Virus record (IMG/VR): IMGVR_UViG_3300020395_000067
Span: 1 to 29,314 of that record
Reading direction: 5' to 3' (one strand)
Origin: a virus
Taxonomy: Duplodnaviria > Caudoviricetes
Length of the DNA stretch: 29,314 bases
Positions 1-8,808 of this stretch are shown here, one piece after another; positions within the stretch are counted from its first letter, which is position 1, and the number at the start of each line of letters is the position of its first letter. The position numbers and the translations under genes were made by a program. Under the pieces are notes generated by a model. The model worked only from the letters and a program-made list of their open reading frames with translations. It did no database searches and was not told the origin of the DNA.

Positions 1-1413
1 GTCCACTTTCCTATCTGGCATCAAGAGATCAGCGACATCTTGGTACTCAAAAACAACAAAGGAACAGAAGACAACAGAGTCAGAAAACTCGACTACTCAA
101 TCCAATTAAGCAAATTATTTTATGAGCGATTTATCCAAAACCTACCTATTACTCTATTCAGCCCTCATGATGTGCCTGGGCTGTATGACGCTTTTGGTAG
201 CGATTCCTTTGACGAACTCTATACTCGATACGAATCAGACGAGTCTATTCCAAGAAAAACAATCGGTGCTCAAGAGTTAATTCTTGACCTCTTGAAAGAA
301 AGAGCAGAAACTGGTAGAATATACTTGATGAACATAGATCATTGTAATTCTCACTCATCCTTCTTGGATAAGGTAGAGATGAGCAATCTATGCCAAGAGA
401 TTACTCTACCAACTAAACCTATACAACATATTGACGATGAAACTGGAGAAATTGCTCTCTGCATCCTTAGTGCTATTAATATTGGCAAAATTAGGGATGT
501 TTCGGATCTTGAGCTTCTTTGTGATCTTAGTATTCGGAGCCTTGATGAACTCATTGATTTTCAAGGATATCCCGTCAGAGCAGCAGAGATCGCTACAAAG
601 GCAAGAAGATCCTTGGGAGTTGGTTTTATTGGACTCGCACACTATCTCGCCAAGCAAGGTGTTAAGTACGAAGATCCAGAAGCGTGGAAGTTAATCCACG
701 ATCTTACTGAGGTCTTCCAATATAATTTGATTAAATCATCAGTTAATCTTGCAAAAGAGAAAGGTGCTTGTGAGTATTCGGATAGAACTAAGTATTCTCA
801 AGGTATTCTTCCTATTGATACTTACAAAGAAGATGTTGATGAATTAGTTCCTAATAATCTTAATTGTGATTGGGAATCACTTAGAGAGGAAGTAAAACAG
901 TATGGTATTCGTAATAGCACTCTATCTGCTCAAATGCCCTCAGAGTCTTCTTCTGTTGTATGTAATGCCACTAATGGTATTGAACCACCTAGAGGATATC
1001 TCTCTATTAAGAAATCGAAGAAAGGACCACTCAAACAGATAGTTCCTTCCTATAATACTTTAAAGAACAATTATACTCTTCTTTGGGATATGCCAAACAA
1101 TACTGGATATATCAATGTGGTTGCAGTAATGCAGAAGTTCTTTGATCAGGCAATCTCTGGAAACTGGTCTTATAATCCACAACATTTTGATGAGGGAGAA
1201 GTTCCAACAAGTGTAATGGCAAACGACTTTTTAACTACATATAAGTACGGTTGGAAGACCTCTTATTACCAGAATACTTATGATATTAAAACTGATGAGG
1301 TTGATTTATCAGTTTCTAATCCTAATGAGGTGGGTATTCAAGGTTCGACTAGATTAGATAATTTAATATCAGAGTTAGAAACTCAAGAGGAATGTGAATC
1401 CTGTGCAATTTAG
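1..1413 (+). CDS. nrdA: Ribonucleoside-diphosphate reductase class Ia alpha subunit (5' truncated by window)
   Basis: Frame open from base 1 (VHFPIWHQE...). Motifs SNLCQEI (catalytic Asn/Cys/Glu), ALCILSAIN, AQMPSESSS, KTSYY and C-terminal CESCAI. Confidence 0.98.
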   Translation, partial: VHFPIWHQEISDILVLKNNKGTEDNRVRKLDYSIQLSKLFYERFIQNLPITLFSPHDVPGLYDAFGSDSFDELYTRYESDESIPRKTIGAQELILDLLKERAETGRIYLMNIDHCNSHSSFLDKVEMSNLCQEITLPTKPIQHIDDETGEIALCILSAINIGKIRDVSDLELLCDLSIRSLDELIDFQGYPVRAAEIATKARRSLGVGFIGLAHYLAKQGVKYEDPEAWKLIHDLTEVFQYNLIKSSVNLAKEKGACEYSDRTKYSQGILPIDTYKEDVDELVPNNLNCDWESLREEVKQYGIRNSTLSAQMPSESSSVVCNATNGIEPPRGYLSIKKSKKGPLKQIVPSYNTLKNNYTLLWDMPNNTGYINVVAVMQKFFDQAISGNWSYNPQHFDEGEVPTSVMANDFLTTYKYGWKTSYYQNTYDIKTDEVDLSVSNPNEVGIQGSTRLDNLISELETQEECESCAI

Positions 1414-2587
1414 AAAATCATCAACAGAAAAAAAGTCAATGGCAGAAGTGAAAGGAATGACTGTCTTCAACACTGAAGATGTCGATACGAAAAAACAACC
1501 AATGTTTTTTGGTAAACCCCTTGGTGTTCAACGTTATGATAATTTTAAATATCCACAGTTTGAAAATCTAACAAAGCAACAGTTGGGATACTTTTGGAGA
1601 CCAGAAGAAGTATCCTTACAAAAAGATAGAGGTGATTATCAATCACTACGTCCAGAACAGAAACATATCTACACATCAAATCTCAAGTATCAAATAATGC
1701 TTGATTCTGTTCAAGGTCGTGCTCCAGGTATGGCTTTTCTTCCATACTGTTCTCTACCCGAATTAGAGGCGTGTATGGAAGCGTGGTCATTTATGGAAAT
1801 GATTCATAGTCGTTCTTATACATACGTGATTAAGAATGTGTATGCAGATCCTTCTGACGTGTTTGATAAGATTTTGAATGATGATAGAATATTAGAACGT
1901 GCTGCTAGTGTAACCGAATCTTATGATACTTTTATTAACTATGCACAAGAATACGGTCAGAGTAGTGCTTGGACACCTGATATGAGGAATCATCCTAATT
2001 CAGAATGGACAATTAAAGATTTAAAAAGACATCTCTATAGGGCAGTAGCAAATGTTAACATCTTGGAAGGTATACGCTTTTATGTTAGTTTTGCTTGCAG
2101 TTTTGCATTTGGTGAACTTAAACTTATGGAAGGGTCAGCTAAGATTATATCCCTCATTGCAAGAGATGAGAATCAACACCTCGCCATTACCCAAAACATA
2201 ATAAACAATTGGAGAAAGGGTGATGATCCAGATATGGTTCAAATAATGAAAGAAGAAGAGGAATGGACTTATAAGATGTTTGATCGTTGTGTAAATGAAG
2301 AGAAGATGTGGGCAGAGTATCTTTTCAAAGATGGATCAATGATTGGATTAAATGATAAACTTCTTATGCAGTATGTTGAATGGATTGCTAATAAGAGAAT
2401 GAAGTCTATTGGGTTAAAACCAGTATATGATATTCCTGCAAGTCATAATCCATTACCTTGGACACAGCATTGGATTAGTTCTAAAGGACTACAAGTAGCA
2501 CCACAAGAAACTGAAGTTGAGTCTTATATTGTTGGTGGTATTAAACAAGACGTAAAGAAAGACACCTTCGCTGGATTTAAATTATAA
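1394..2587 (+). CDS. nrdB: Ribonucleoside-diphosphate reductase class Ia beta subunit
   Basis: FWRPEEV, LDSVQGR, EMIHSRSY, LEGIRFYVSF, RDENQH di-iron motifs and VAPQETE tail. Overlaps the nrdA end. Exact GTG start uncertain. Confidence 0.98.
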   Translation: MNPVQFRKSSTEKKSMAEVKGMTVFNTEDVDTKKQPMFFGKPLGVQRYDNFKYPQFENLTKQQLGYFWRPEEVSLQKDRGDYQSLRPEQKHIYTSNLKYQIMLDSVQGRAPGMAFLPYCSLPELEACMEAWSFMEMIHSRSYTYVIKNVYADPSDVFDKILNDDRILERAASVTESYDTFINYAQEYGQSSAWTPDMRNHPNSEWTIKDLKRHLYRAVANVNILEGIRFYVSFACSFAFGELKLMEGSAKIISLIARDENQHLAITQNIINNWRKGDDPDMVQIMKEEEEWTYKMFDRCVNEEKMWAEYLFKDGSMIGLNDKLLMQYVEWIANKRMKSIGLKPVYDIPASHNPLPWTQHWISSKGLQVAPQETEVESYIVGGIKQDVKKDTFAGFKL

Positions 2588-2590
2588 ATA
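2583..2590 (+). promoter_or_regulatory. T4-type late promoter TATAAATA
   Basis: Exact T4 gp55 late consensus about 25 nt upstream of the ATG at 2615. Confidence 0.8.
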
Positions 2591-2614
2591 CTAAAAAAAG
2601 CGTCTGTTTATAAG

Positions 2615-5392
2615 ATGAAATCTTTTAGTAATCTTTTATTAGAAAAAGAAGAATTAGAACAACAGAAACAAAAAAAGGTTAAAAAGACAAAACCTACAGT
2701 TGATGTTAAAACTACCAATAGACCTGCAGAGGTTCAGGGTAGGATGGATGCTACTGATCCAAAGCAAGGTGGATATTCTCGTGTAGATGATAGTTTAGAT
2801 AGTAAATCATCAAGAAAAACAAGATTAGGTGATACAACTAAAGGTAGTGAAGTAAAAGTTACTAAACCTAAAGGTACTCTTGCAGGTGATGAGGCAAGAG
2901 ATTTAGGTAAATTAAATAAAAGAACTGGTAAATTAAATTGGGAAAAGAATGCTGAATTACAGGCAAAGAGAAAGCAACGTATAGATATTAAAACTGGTAA
3001 AGCAACACAAAAAGGTGTTGAGAACTTTGCATTAAATCGTGGTGGATATAGTAGAAGAAATATTCCAAAATCAGAGTTAGGTCAAATTAGAACAGATGCT
3101 AGAAGAATAGCAAGTAATCCTTCAAGTCGTGCATATAAAGAAATCGAAGCTTCGATAAATGCTAGTGACTATGCTGGAAGGAGAGCAAAGGGTGATCCCA
3201 ATGCAGCAAAGTTATCTGATGTAAAGAAAGCACTTGATTCTAAAAAAGGTAAGTTTGGAGTAGGAAGTGCTAATCCAACTCGTATTGGAAAGTCTGGTGG
3301 TAAACTTCCTGTACCAACAACAATTGGGGTAAAACAATCTGAAGTTTCTAAAAAAGCAAAAGCATTTCGTCAGACGATAGAAAAGATAAAACAAAAGAAA
3401 GCAAGTGAGATAAAGGATCCTTGGAAAACTTCTAAAGTTTCTAAAGGGACAACTTTTGATAATATAGGAACAAAGAAATATGATGTACCTGGTACTGGTC
3501 CTAAAAATCCAAATCCAGATTACTTAGCTAAGATGCAGAGGGGTGCTTCTGGAATGGATAGTAATGTTGGTGGTGGAGCAGGTGGAACTACTGGAAATAC
3601 AACATTTAAAGATTTTACTAAGAAATCTGGTGTTGCTAAAACTGGTAAATCACTTGAAGTAAGAAATACACCTAAAAATAAATTTAGTAGAATTACTAAT
3701 AAGGGTAATATAATAAATATTGATCCAAAAACTGGAGCTAAGACTTTTGGTGGAACGGCAAAGGATACTTCTAGTGCAATTGTTCCTTACAAAAAAGGTG
3801 GTGATCTTGCTGGCAAGATCCCCAGTGATCTTGCTAGAAGTGGAACTAAGGGATCAGATTTAGTTACACATAGTGCTAAACTTGGTAAACTTAGTCAAAC
3901 TAAACGAGCAGGAGATTTAAAGAAATTTGCTGATTTCAGGAAAACGGCTAATCCTTTACTTGGAAAGAATCTATCAAAGAACCTTACTAAGATTACAGGT
4001 AAAAAAGCACTGAAAGTACTTGGTAAACCACTTGCTGGTGTTGTAGACACTGCATTTGGATATGATCAATATAGAAGGAAAGGACATAGTAAAGCTGGTT
4101 CGTTAGTTAGAGGTGCCATAAAGGGTGGTGCTAGTGCTTTAGGATTTGCTGGTGGTGCTCTTGCTGGTGGTCTTGCTGGTGGTGGTATTGGTTCTCTTGT
4201 CACTGGAGCAGCAGGTGGTTATGCTGGATCAGAGCTTGCTGGTAATCTTGCTGATAAGATAATTGGTTCAGTTGATAAAAAATTAAAACTTAAAACACCT
4301 AAAAAATATCAGAGAAAGATAACTGGTGGTGGAACTAGTGGCGGATCAATACCTGGTCCAGGTAAGGGTAGTTCAGGTAAGTATAACTTTACTCCATTAT
4401 CACTTGGAACTAGTACAAAGGATTATAATAAAGGACAATCTGCACCTTGGAAGACTAAGAAAGAATCAGTTGAATATGTTCAAGAACGATTTAGAAGTCA
4501 AGCTATACAGACTTATCTTAAGAATAAGGCGGGTCAGCAAGATTTAACTAATAAAGCAAATAAGTTTAAACAGGAAAATCCAGGAACAGATTTTTCTAAA
4601 GGTGCTAGGATGTCAAATCCAAATTTGACACCATCTTCATCCTTTAATAATAACTCTACACAACAACCAGTACCAACTCAAACTACACAAGCAAGACCTC
4701 TTGGACCAACACAACGGGCTGCCGCTAATATTGATAAAATTGCATCTAGTGGACCAGGAAGTGGTAGTGTAAAGGTTGATGGTAGGGCACTTATGAATAA
4801 ATTAAGATCTGATAGTAGTAATCAAACACAGAGTAGTACCCCACAAGCACAACAAGCACAACGACCTGCACCACAAGCACAACGACCTGCACAACAAGCA
4901 CAACAAGTACAACGACCTGCACAACAAGCACAACAAGCACAACGACCTGTAGCACAAGCACAACCACAAAGAACGGTTGGTGGACAAGGTAACAGACAAA
5001 GACCTGTAAAAACTGGTGGTATTCAGTTAGGTAATGCAGTCAGAAAACCTATAGGTAGTGCAATTAATGCTGTACGAAGTGCTTTATCTAATAAAGGACC
5101 AATACGAGGAAGATCAGGTGCTAATGCTGCAATGAAAGCTAAAGGACTTGCTGGTGCTACTGGTGGATCTGGTGGTACTGCTCCACTTGCAAAACCAGTT
5201 ACACAAGCACCTGTAGCAAAACCAGTTACACAAGCACCTGTAGCAAAACCTGCTCCACAATTAACTGGTGCTCAACGGGCTCAGCAAATGGCAAAGCAGA
5301 GAATAGCTCAAGGTAGAAATACAGTTACTGGTGCTCTTAAATCTGCAGCAAAACCTAAACCTAGAGTTACAACCTGGAGAGATCTGGAGTAA
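2615..5392 (+). CDS. Large Lys/Gly/Gln-rich low-complexity protein, probable capsid-internal virion protein
   Basis: 925 aa ORF after a late promoter. N-terminus MKSFSNLLLE resembles T4 capsid-targeting leaders. Contains a glycine-zipper hydrophobic segment and Q/A/P repeats. Function is inferred. Confidence 0.7.
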   Translation: MKSFSNLLLEKEELEQQKQKKVKKTKPTVDVKTTNRPAEVQGRMDATDPKQGGYSRVDDSLDSKSSRKTRLGDTTKGSEVKVTKPKGTLAGDEARDLGKLNKRTGKLNWEKNAELQAKRKQRIDIKTGKATQKGVENFALNRGGYSRRNIPKSELGQIRTDARRIASNPSSRAYKEIEASINASDYAGRRAKGDPNAAKLSDVKKALDSKKGKFGVGSANPTRIGKSGGKLPVPTTIGVKQSEVSKKAKAFRQTIEKIKQKKASEIKDPWKTSKVSKGTTFDNIGTKKYDVPGTGPKNPNPDYLAKMQRGASGMDSNVGGGAGGTTGNTTFKDFTKKSGVAKTGKSLEVRNTPKNKFSRITNKGNIINIDPKTGAKTFGGTAKDTSSAIVPYKKGGDLAGKIPSDLARSGTKGSDLVTHSAKLGKLSQTKRAGDLKKFADFRKTANPLLGKNLSKNLTKITGKKALKVLGKPLAGVVDTAFGYDQYRRKGHSKAGSLVRGAIKGGASALGFAGGALAGGLAGGGIGSLVTGAAGGYAGSELAGNLADKIIGSVDKKLKLKTPKKYQRKITGGGTSGGSIPGPGKGSSGKYNFTPLSLGTSTKDYNKGQSAPWKTKKESVEYVQERFRSQAIQTYLKNKAGQQDLTNKANKFKQENPGTDFSKGARMSNPNLTPSSSFNNNSTQQPVPTQTTQARPLGPTQRAAANIDKIASSGPGSGSVKVDGRALMNKLRSDSSNQTQSSTPQAQQAQRPAPQAQRPAQQAQQVQRPAQQAQQAQRPVAQAQPQRTVGGQGNRQRPVKTGGIQLGNAVRKPIGSAINAVRSALSNKGPIRGRSGANAAMKAKGLAGATGGSGGTAPLAKPVTQAPVAKPVTQAPVAKPAPQLTGAQRAQQMAKQRIAQGRNTVTGALKSAAKPKPRVTTWRDLE
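4841..4965 (+). repeat. Coding tandem repeats (imperfect 21-30 bp units, QQAQQAQRPA)
   Basis: Four copies of caacgacctg with interspersed acaacaagc/ccacaagc units. Confidence 0.85.
5189..5250 (+). repeat. 27-bp coding tandem repeat x2.3 (AKPVTQAPV)
   Basis: gcaaaaccagttacacaagcacctgta at 5189-5215 and 5216-5242, plus partial gcaaaacc. Confidence 0.9.
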
Positions 5393-5409
5393 AGGAACGA
5401 TATAATAAT

Positions 5410-5417
5410 TATAAATA
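5410..5417 (+). promoter_or_regulatory. T4-type late promoter TATAAATA
   Basis: Exact consensus 26 nt upstream of the ATG at 5444. Confidence 0.8.
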
Positions 5418-5443
5418 TTACTTGTAAGAGTATAGTTTGACAA

Positions 5444-6700
5444 ATGTCTTATAAGCACCTAGAAGATATTCAGAATATCTATGAAAATATTTCTGAACCT
5501 ATAGATAAGCAATTAGTTTCAGAAGCAAGTGCAATTTTAATTGATACTATGTTCTCTGAAGGGTATTCAGAAAATGCCATTGCTCAATATGCATTAAATG
5601 CGAATCCAGACGATATTGTAGAAAGGATTGCAGTTGCTGCAGAGAATTATATTTACATAGAAGCATCTCAACTTAATGAAAGTATTGATGGTGTAGAGTA
5701 TGAGATATTAGAAGAAAATTCTCAACAAGTAGCAAACCTACAAGAATTAGTTGAAAAGGCAATAATAGGAAGAGCACTTGGTGCATTAAAAAAAGTTGCT
5801 GCACCTGCATTTAAAGGATTAAAGGGATCTGGAAAAGAAGCTCTTAACCTTGGTAAAAAGATTGGTGGTAAGGTTGCTGAAAAAGGTAAAGCATTAGTTT
5901 CTGGTGCTGGTAATGCATTAAGACCTGTAGGTAATGCTATCAAGAAATATGGTCCTACAGCAGCAATTGCTGGTGGAGCAGGTCTTGTTGGTGTACCTCT
6001 AGCTATTGGTGCTGCTAAGGGTTTATATAAGGCAGGTAAGAAGGTTGCTAGTACTGTTGGTACTTTTGTGAAGGGTGGTGCTGATGCTGTTAAGGATAAG
6101 AATATCTCAAAACAGGTAGATGATTATGTTAAGAAAAATAAAGGTGACAAACCAATAAGAAAGATTGATCCAACACCTTATAATCGTCAAGAGAAACCTA
6201 AGTCTAAAGTTGTACCAGGTAGTGAAAAGATAATACCTGCACGTCCAGCAAATCCTAGTGGTAAAGAGTTACCAAAAGCAAGAACAATTGGTTCTGGTAA
6301 AGGACAGGTTAATCCTAATTCTGCTAGAGGCAAGATGATTGCACAGAATAAGGAAAGATTTGGTGGGGATAAAGTTGAGAAGTTAAGAGATAAGAATGCT
6401 GCTTTCCAAAAAGCCAAGAAGAAAGGAAGTGGATATAGTATGGATGATTTTGCAAAAGACTTTCCAAATTCTAACACAGCAAAGGAAAGAAACAAAAGAA
6501 ATAGGGTTACTTCTGTAATGGATATGGAATCCTATGATGCTTTTGATATTGTTAGTAACTATCTAATAGAATCAAATCAAGTTGAGAATATGGATGAAGC
6601 ACTATATGTAATGAGTGAAATGGATGCTACAACTATTCAAGGTATTGTAAATGAGCATCATCAAAAAGATGAAAATGGTAATACAATCCCACACGAGTAG
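5444..6700 (+). CDS. Cyanophage protein, probable capsid-internal protein
   Basis: 418 aa. Acidic N- and C-terminal domains (ESYDAFDIVSNYLIES...EALYVMSEMD) flank a basic Gly/Ala/Lys-rich core with one hydrophobic segment. Late promoter upstream. Confidence 0.7.
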   Translation: MSYKHLEDIQNIYENISEPIDKQLVSEASAILIDTMFSEGYSENAIAQYALNANPDDIVERIAVAAENYIYIEASQLNESIDGVEYEILEENSQQVANLQELVEKAIIGRALGALKKVAAPAFKGLKGSGKEALNLGKKIGGKVAEKGKALVSGAGNALRPVGNAIKKYGPTAAIAGGAGLVGVPLAIGAAKGLYKAGKKVASTVGTFVKGGADAVKDKNISKQVDDYVKKNKGDKPIRKIDPTPYNRQEKPKSKVVPGSEKIIPARPANPSGKELPKARTIGSGKGQVNPNSARGKMIAQNKERFGGDKVEKLRDKNAAFQKAKKKGSGYSMDDFAKDFPNSNTAKERNKRNRVTSVMDMESYDAFDIVSNYLIESNQVENMDEALYVMSEMDATTIQGIVNEHHQKDENGNTIPHE

Positions 6701-6705
6701 GTTTA

Positions 6706-6990
6706 GTGAAAACATATGCACAATTTAACGAGGATCTAAAATCCTGGTGGAACAAGGGTAAAACTCCTTGGGAAGATACTGCTAGTATGACTGACCTCGT
6801 TAAAGATGATGCTAAGAAGATTGGTAGAATTAAAAATAAAGCAACAGGCAAACTTACCAAGATTCCAAATCCAGTTTGGTCTTTTACTAAAGGATTAAAA
6901 ACTGGTCCTACACCACTTACAAGACAAATGGTTGGTAGAACGGGTAAGGTTATTATGAAAGTTGCAAAGATTGCATCTAAACTTCGTTAA
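6706..6990 (+). CDS. Small basic protein with T4 internal-protein-like leader
   Basis: GTG start. MKTYAQFNE resembles the T4 IPIII capsid-targeting sequence MKTYQEFIAE. Confidence 0.7.
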   Translation: MKTYAQFNEDLKSWWNKGKTPWEDTASMTDLVKDDAKKIGRIKNKATGKLTKIPNPVWSFTKGLKTGPTPLTRQMVGRTGKVIMKVAKIASKLR

Positions 6991-6992
6991 AT

Positions 6993-7334
6993 TTAAATTC
7001 TAGTAACTGATTTTTTAATTAATACTTCTCCTTCTATTACTCGATCCAGAGTTCCCTCTGGATCTTTTAGTATCATGTCATAAAAATATTTTCCTGGTTT
7101 TAATTCACTAGTTATTGTTGATCCTATGGATAGTCTTGCACGTCCTTGATCTGGACCAGTAATACTAATTAGAAAATTTGCAGAAGCCGTTGATGATGGA
7201 TATTTTTTTATTTTTGCACATCCACTATAACCATTTAGATTTAATGCACTATTAGTATTTTCATCTTCAAATACAAAGGTTTGTTCAAAATCGGTTCCTG
7301 TATGTATTACAAGGTTAGAGGTAAAGACTGCCAT
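6993..7334 (-). CDS. Putative virion structural protein (small beta-rich domain), paralog of 7353-7697
   Basis: NLVIHTGTDF...LNGYSG...LKPGKYFYDMIL...RVIEG pattern typical of small cyanomyophage tail/baseplate-associated proteins. Confidence 0.7.
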   Translation of the reverse strand: MAVFTSNLVIHTGTDFEQTFVFEDENTNSALNLNGYSGCAKIKKYPSSTASANFLISITGPDQGRARLSIGSTITSELKPGKYFYDMILKDPEGTLDRVIEGEVLIKKSVTRI

Positions 7335-7352
7335 AATTCTTAGAAAGTAATA

Positions 7353-7697
7353 TTAGAAACATCCTGTAGATATACCTGGACGAACTAATGCAGTTCCTTC
7401 TACTGCAATAGTTTTTGTTCCGTTAGGTCTAAGAAGCATTATGTCATATACATGTCTTCCAGGTTTTATATAAGCACTAATAGTGTTTGCTATTGATACT
7501 GTAATTTTTCCAGTTTCAGCATTTCTAAAAGATACTGCAATACCAGTATATGTGGAACTATTAGGGGATTTTCTTAAATGTGATACTGCACTAAATCCAG
7601 TTATATTAACTGGCAACCCACTAGTTTTAACTATGTCCATATCTTCACTGAAATCTTCTCCAGCGTTAATGGTTAGGTTTCTTACATATACGGACAT
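7353..7697 (-). CDS. Putative virion structural protein, paralog of 6993-7334
   Basis: NLTINAGEDF...ITGFSA...IKPGRHVYDIML...AVEG. Colinear with its neighbour. Confidence 0.7.
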   Translation of the reverse strand: MSVYVRNLTINAGEDFSEDMDIVKTSGLPVNITGFSAVSHLRKSPNSSTYTGIAVSFRNAETGKITVSIANTISAYIKPGRHVYDIMLLRPNGTKTIAVEGTALVRPGISTGCF

Positions 7698-7720
7698 TGA
7701 TAGTATAACACTTTATTAGG

Positions 7721-7728
7721 TATTTATC
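7721..7728 (-). promoter_or_regulatory. Late promoter GATAAATA (minus strand)
   Basis: tatttatc on the plus strand, 23 nt upstream of the start at 7697. Confidence 0.65.
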
Positions 7729-7734
7729 AAGGAC

Positions 7735-7763
7735 TTGACACTAGTCTCAAATGTGTGTAAAAT
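7735..7763 (+). promoter_or_regulatory. Sigma70-type (early) promoter
   Basis: TTGACA (7735-7740), 17 bp spacer, TAAAAT (7758-7763). Confidence 0.7.
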
Positions 7764-7839
7764 CGCTTTGTAAGCGTTCGGGCAAATTTTAAGACTCTAT
7801 AAGACTAATATATAATTTAGATATTATAAAGATAATGGG

Positions 7840-8316
7840 ATGGAAACCACCAATGAGACCAAAGTGGTTGAAGGAGATTATGAAAATCCCTGGACCTATA
7901 AGGGTGCAACTTTTACTACTGACGATATTGACGATAAGTTCGGTTTCGTCTACAGGATTACTAATCTTCAAACTGGTAAGCAATACATCGGACGTAAATA
8001 CTTCTGGCAAAAGCGTAAACCTAGAGGTGGTAAGAGACGGGTTACGTCTGAGAGTGACTGGAAGCGATACTATGGAAGCTCTGAAGAGCTTAATACAGAT
8101 AGAAAGCTTCTTGGAAACACAGCGTTCAAACGAGAAATCCTCTCCTTACACTCCAGGCTCGGAGATGTAAATTATGAAGAAACAAAACAGTTATTTCTCA
8201 ATAATGTTTTACAAGAGTCTCTTGACAATGGAGAACCAGCGTATTACAATAGCAATATATTAGGACGCTATATGCGTAAAGATTATGGAAACTTTGGAAA
8301 AAACTCTGAGACGTAA
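7840..8316 (+). CDS. GIY-YIG family endonuclease (Seg-like)
   Basis: GFVYRITNLQTGKQYIG motif, downstream YYGSS, conserved Glu and YYN. Confidence 0.85.
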   Translation: METTNETKVVEGDYENPWTYKGATFTTDDIDDKFGFVYRITNLQTGKQYIGRKYFWQKRKPRGGKRRVTSESDWKRYYGSSEELNTDRKLLGNTAFKREILSLHSRLGDVNYEETKQLFLNNVLQESLDNGEPAYYNSNILGRYMRKDYGNFGKNSET

Positions 8317-8491
8317 TTATGATTGGGCAATACATCGTATGGATGTATTATGTAAATTGGGAACATATGAAGATATTATGGAAGCAGATTCTATTCGTCA
8401 AGAGTTTAGAGAATGGTTGAATCCTAATGCTGATGATCATGATATTCTTTCTCTTGAATATATTGGAGAAGGTAGTGAGTTTGATAAATAA
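8285..8491 (+). CDS. Hypothetical protein
   Basis: 68 aa ORF overlapping the end of the previous gene. Confidence 0.7.
   Translation: METLEKTLRRNYDWAIHRMDVLCKLGTYEDIMEADSIRQEFREWLNPNADDHDILSLEYIGEGSEFDK
8483..8490 (+). promoter_or_regulatory. Late promoter GATAAATA
   Basis: NATAAATA upstream of a GGAG RBS and the ATG at 8512. Confidence 0.55.
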
Positions 8492-8511
8492 AAATTACTT
8501 GGAGAAAAATT

Positions 8512-8784
8512 ATGTCAGAAAAGAAATGTCCAATCAGTTTTAATACTATTGCTAATGTTTTAGCATCAGTATCTGCTGTAGGATTAGCAGGTATTATTGG
8601 TGCTGGTACATATGTTTATGTAAATAAGGATGCTATTATTGATAATGTAAAGCAGCAAGCAATAGAAGCAGTAATGGGATCAATGGGTGGTGGACTTGGT
8701 GGAGATCTTCCTATAGGTACTCCTGATCTTGCTGCTCCTGATAATTCAGCATCTATTCCATCTTCTGGTATACCAAATTTCTAA
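8512..8784 (+). CDS. Single-TM membrane protein
   Basis: Hydrophobic N-terminal helix, Gly/Pro-rich tail, GGAG RBS. Confidence 0.75.
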   Translation: MSEKKCPISFNTIANVLASVSAVGLAGIIGAGTYVYVNKDAIIDNVKQQAIEAVMGSMGGGLGGDLPIGTPDLAAPDNSASIPSSGIPNF

Positions 8785-8808
8785 ATAGAATGAGTTACTA
8801 TCATTCTT

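Noticed and set aside
351-694. Short alternative-frame and antisense ORFs within nrdA
   Set aside because: Shadows of a conserved gene, with no RBS or recognisable protein features.
1-2587. Introns, inteins or homing endonucleases in nrdA/nrdB
   Set aside because: Both frames are continuous with normal motif spacing in the visible part.
4802-4999. Cys/Leu-repeat minus-strand ORF and possible CRISPR-like array
   Set aside because: It is the antisense of the coding Q/A/P repeats. There are no unique spacers and no cas genes.
7840-8316. Mobile homing endonuclease element
   Set aside because: The GIY-YIG domain is clear, but there is no intron context or DNA-binding repeat extension. Treated as a resident nuclease.
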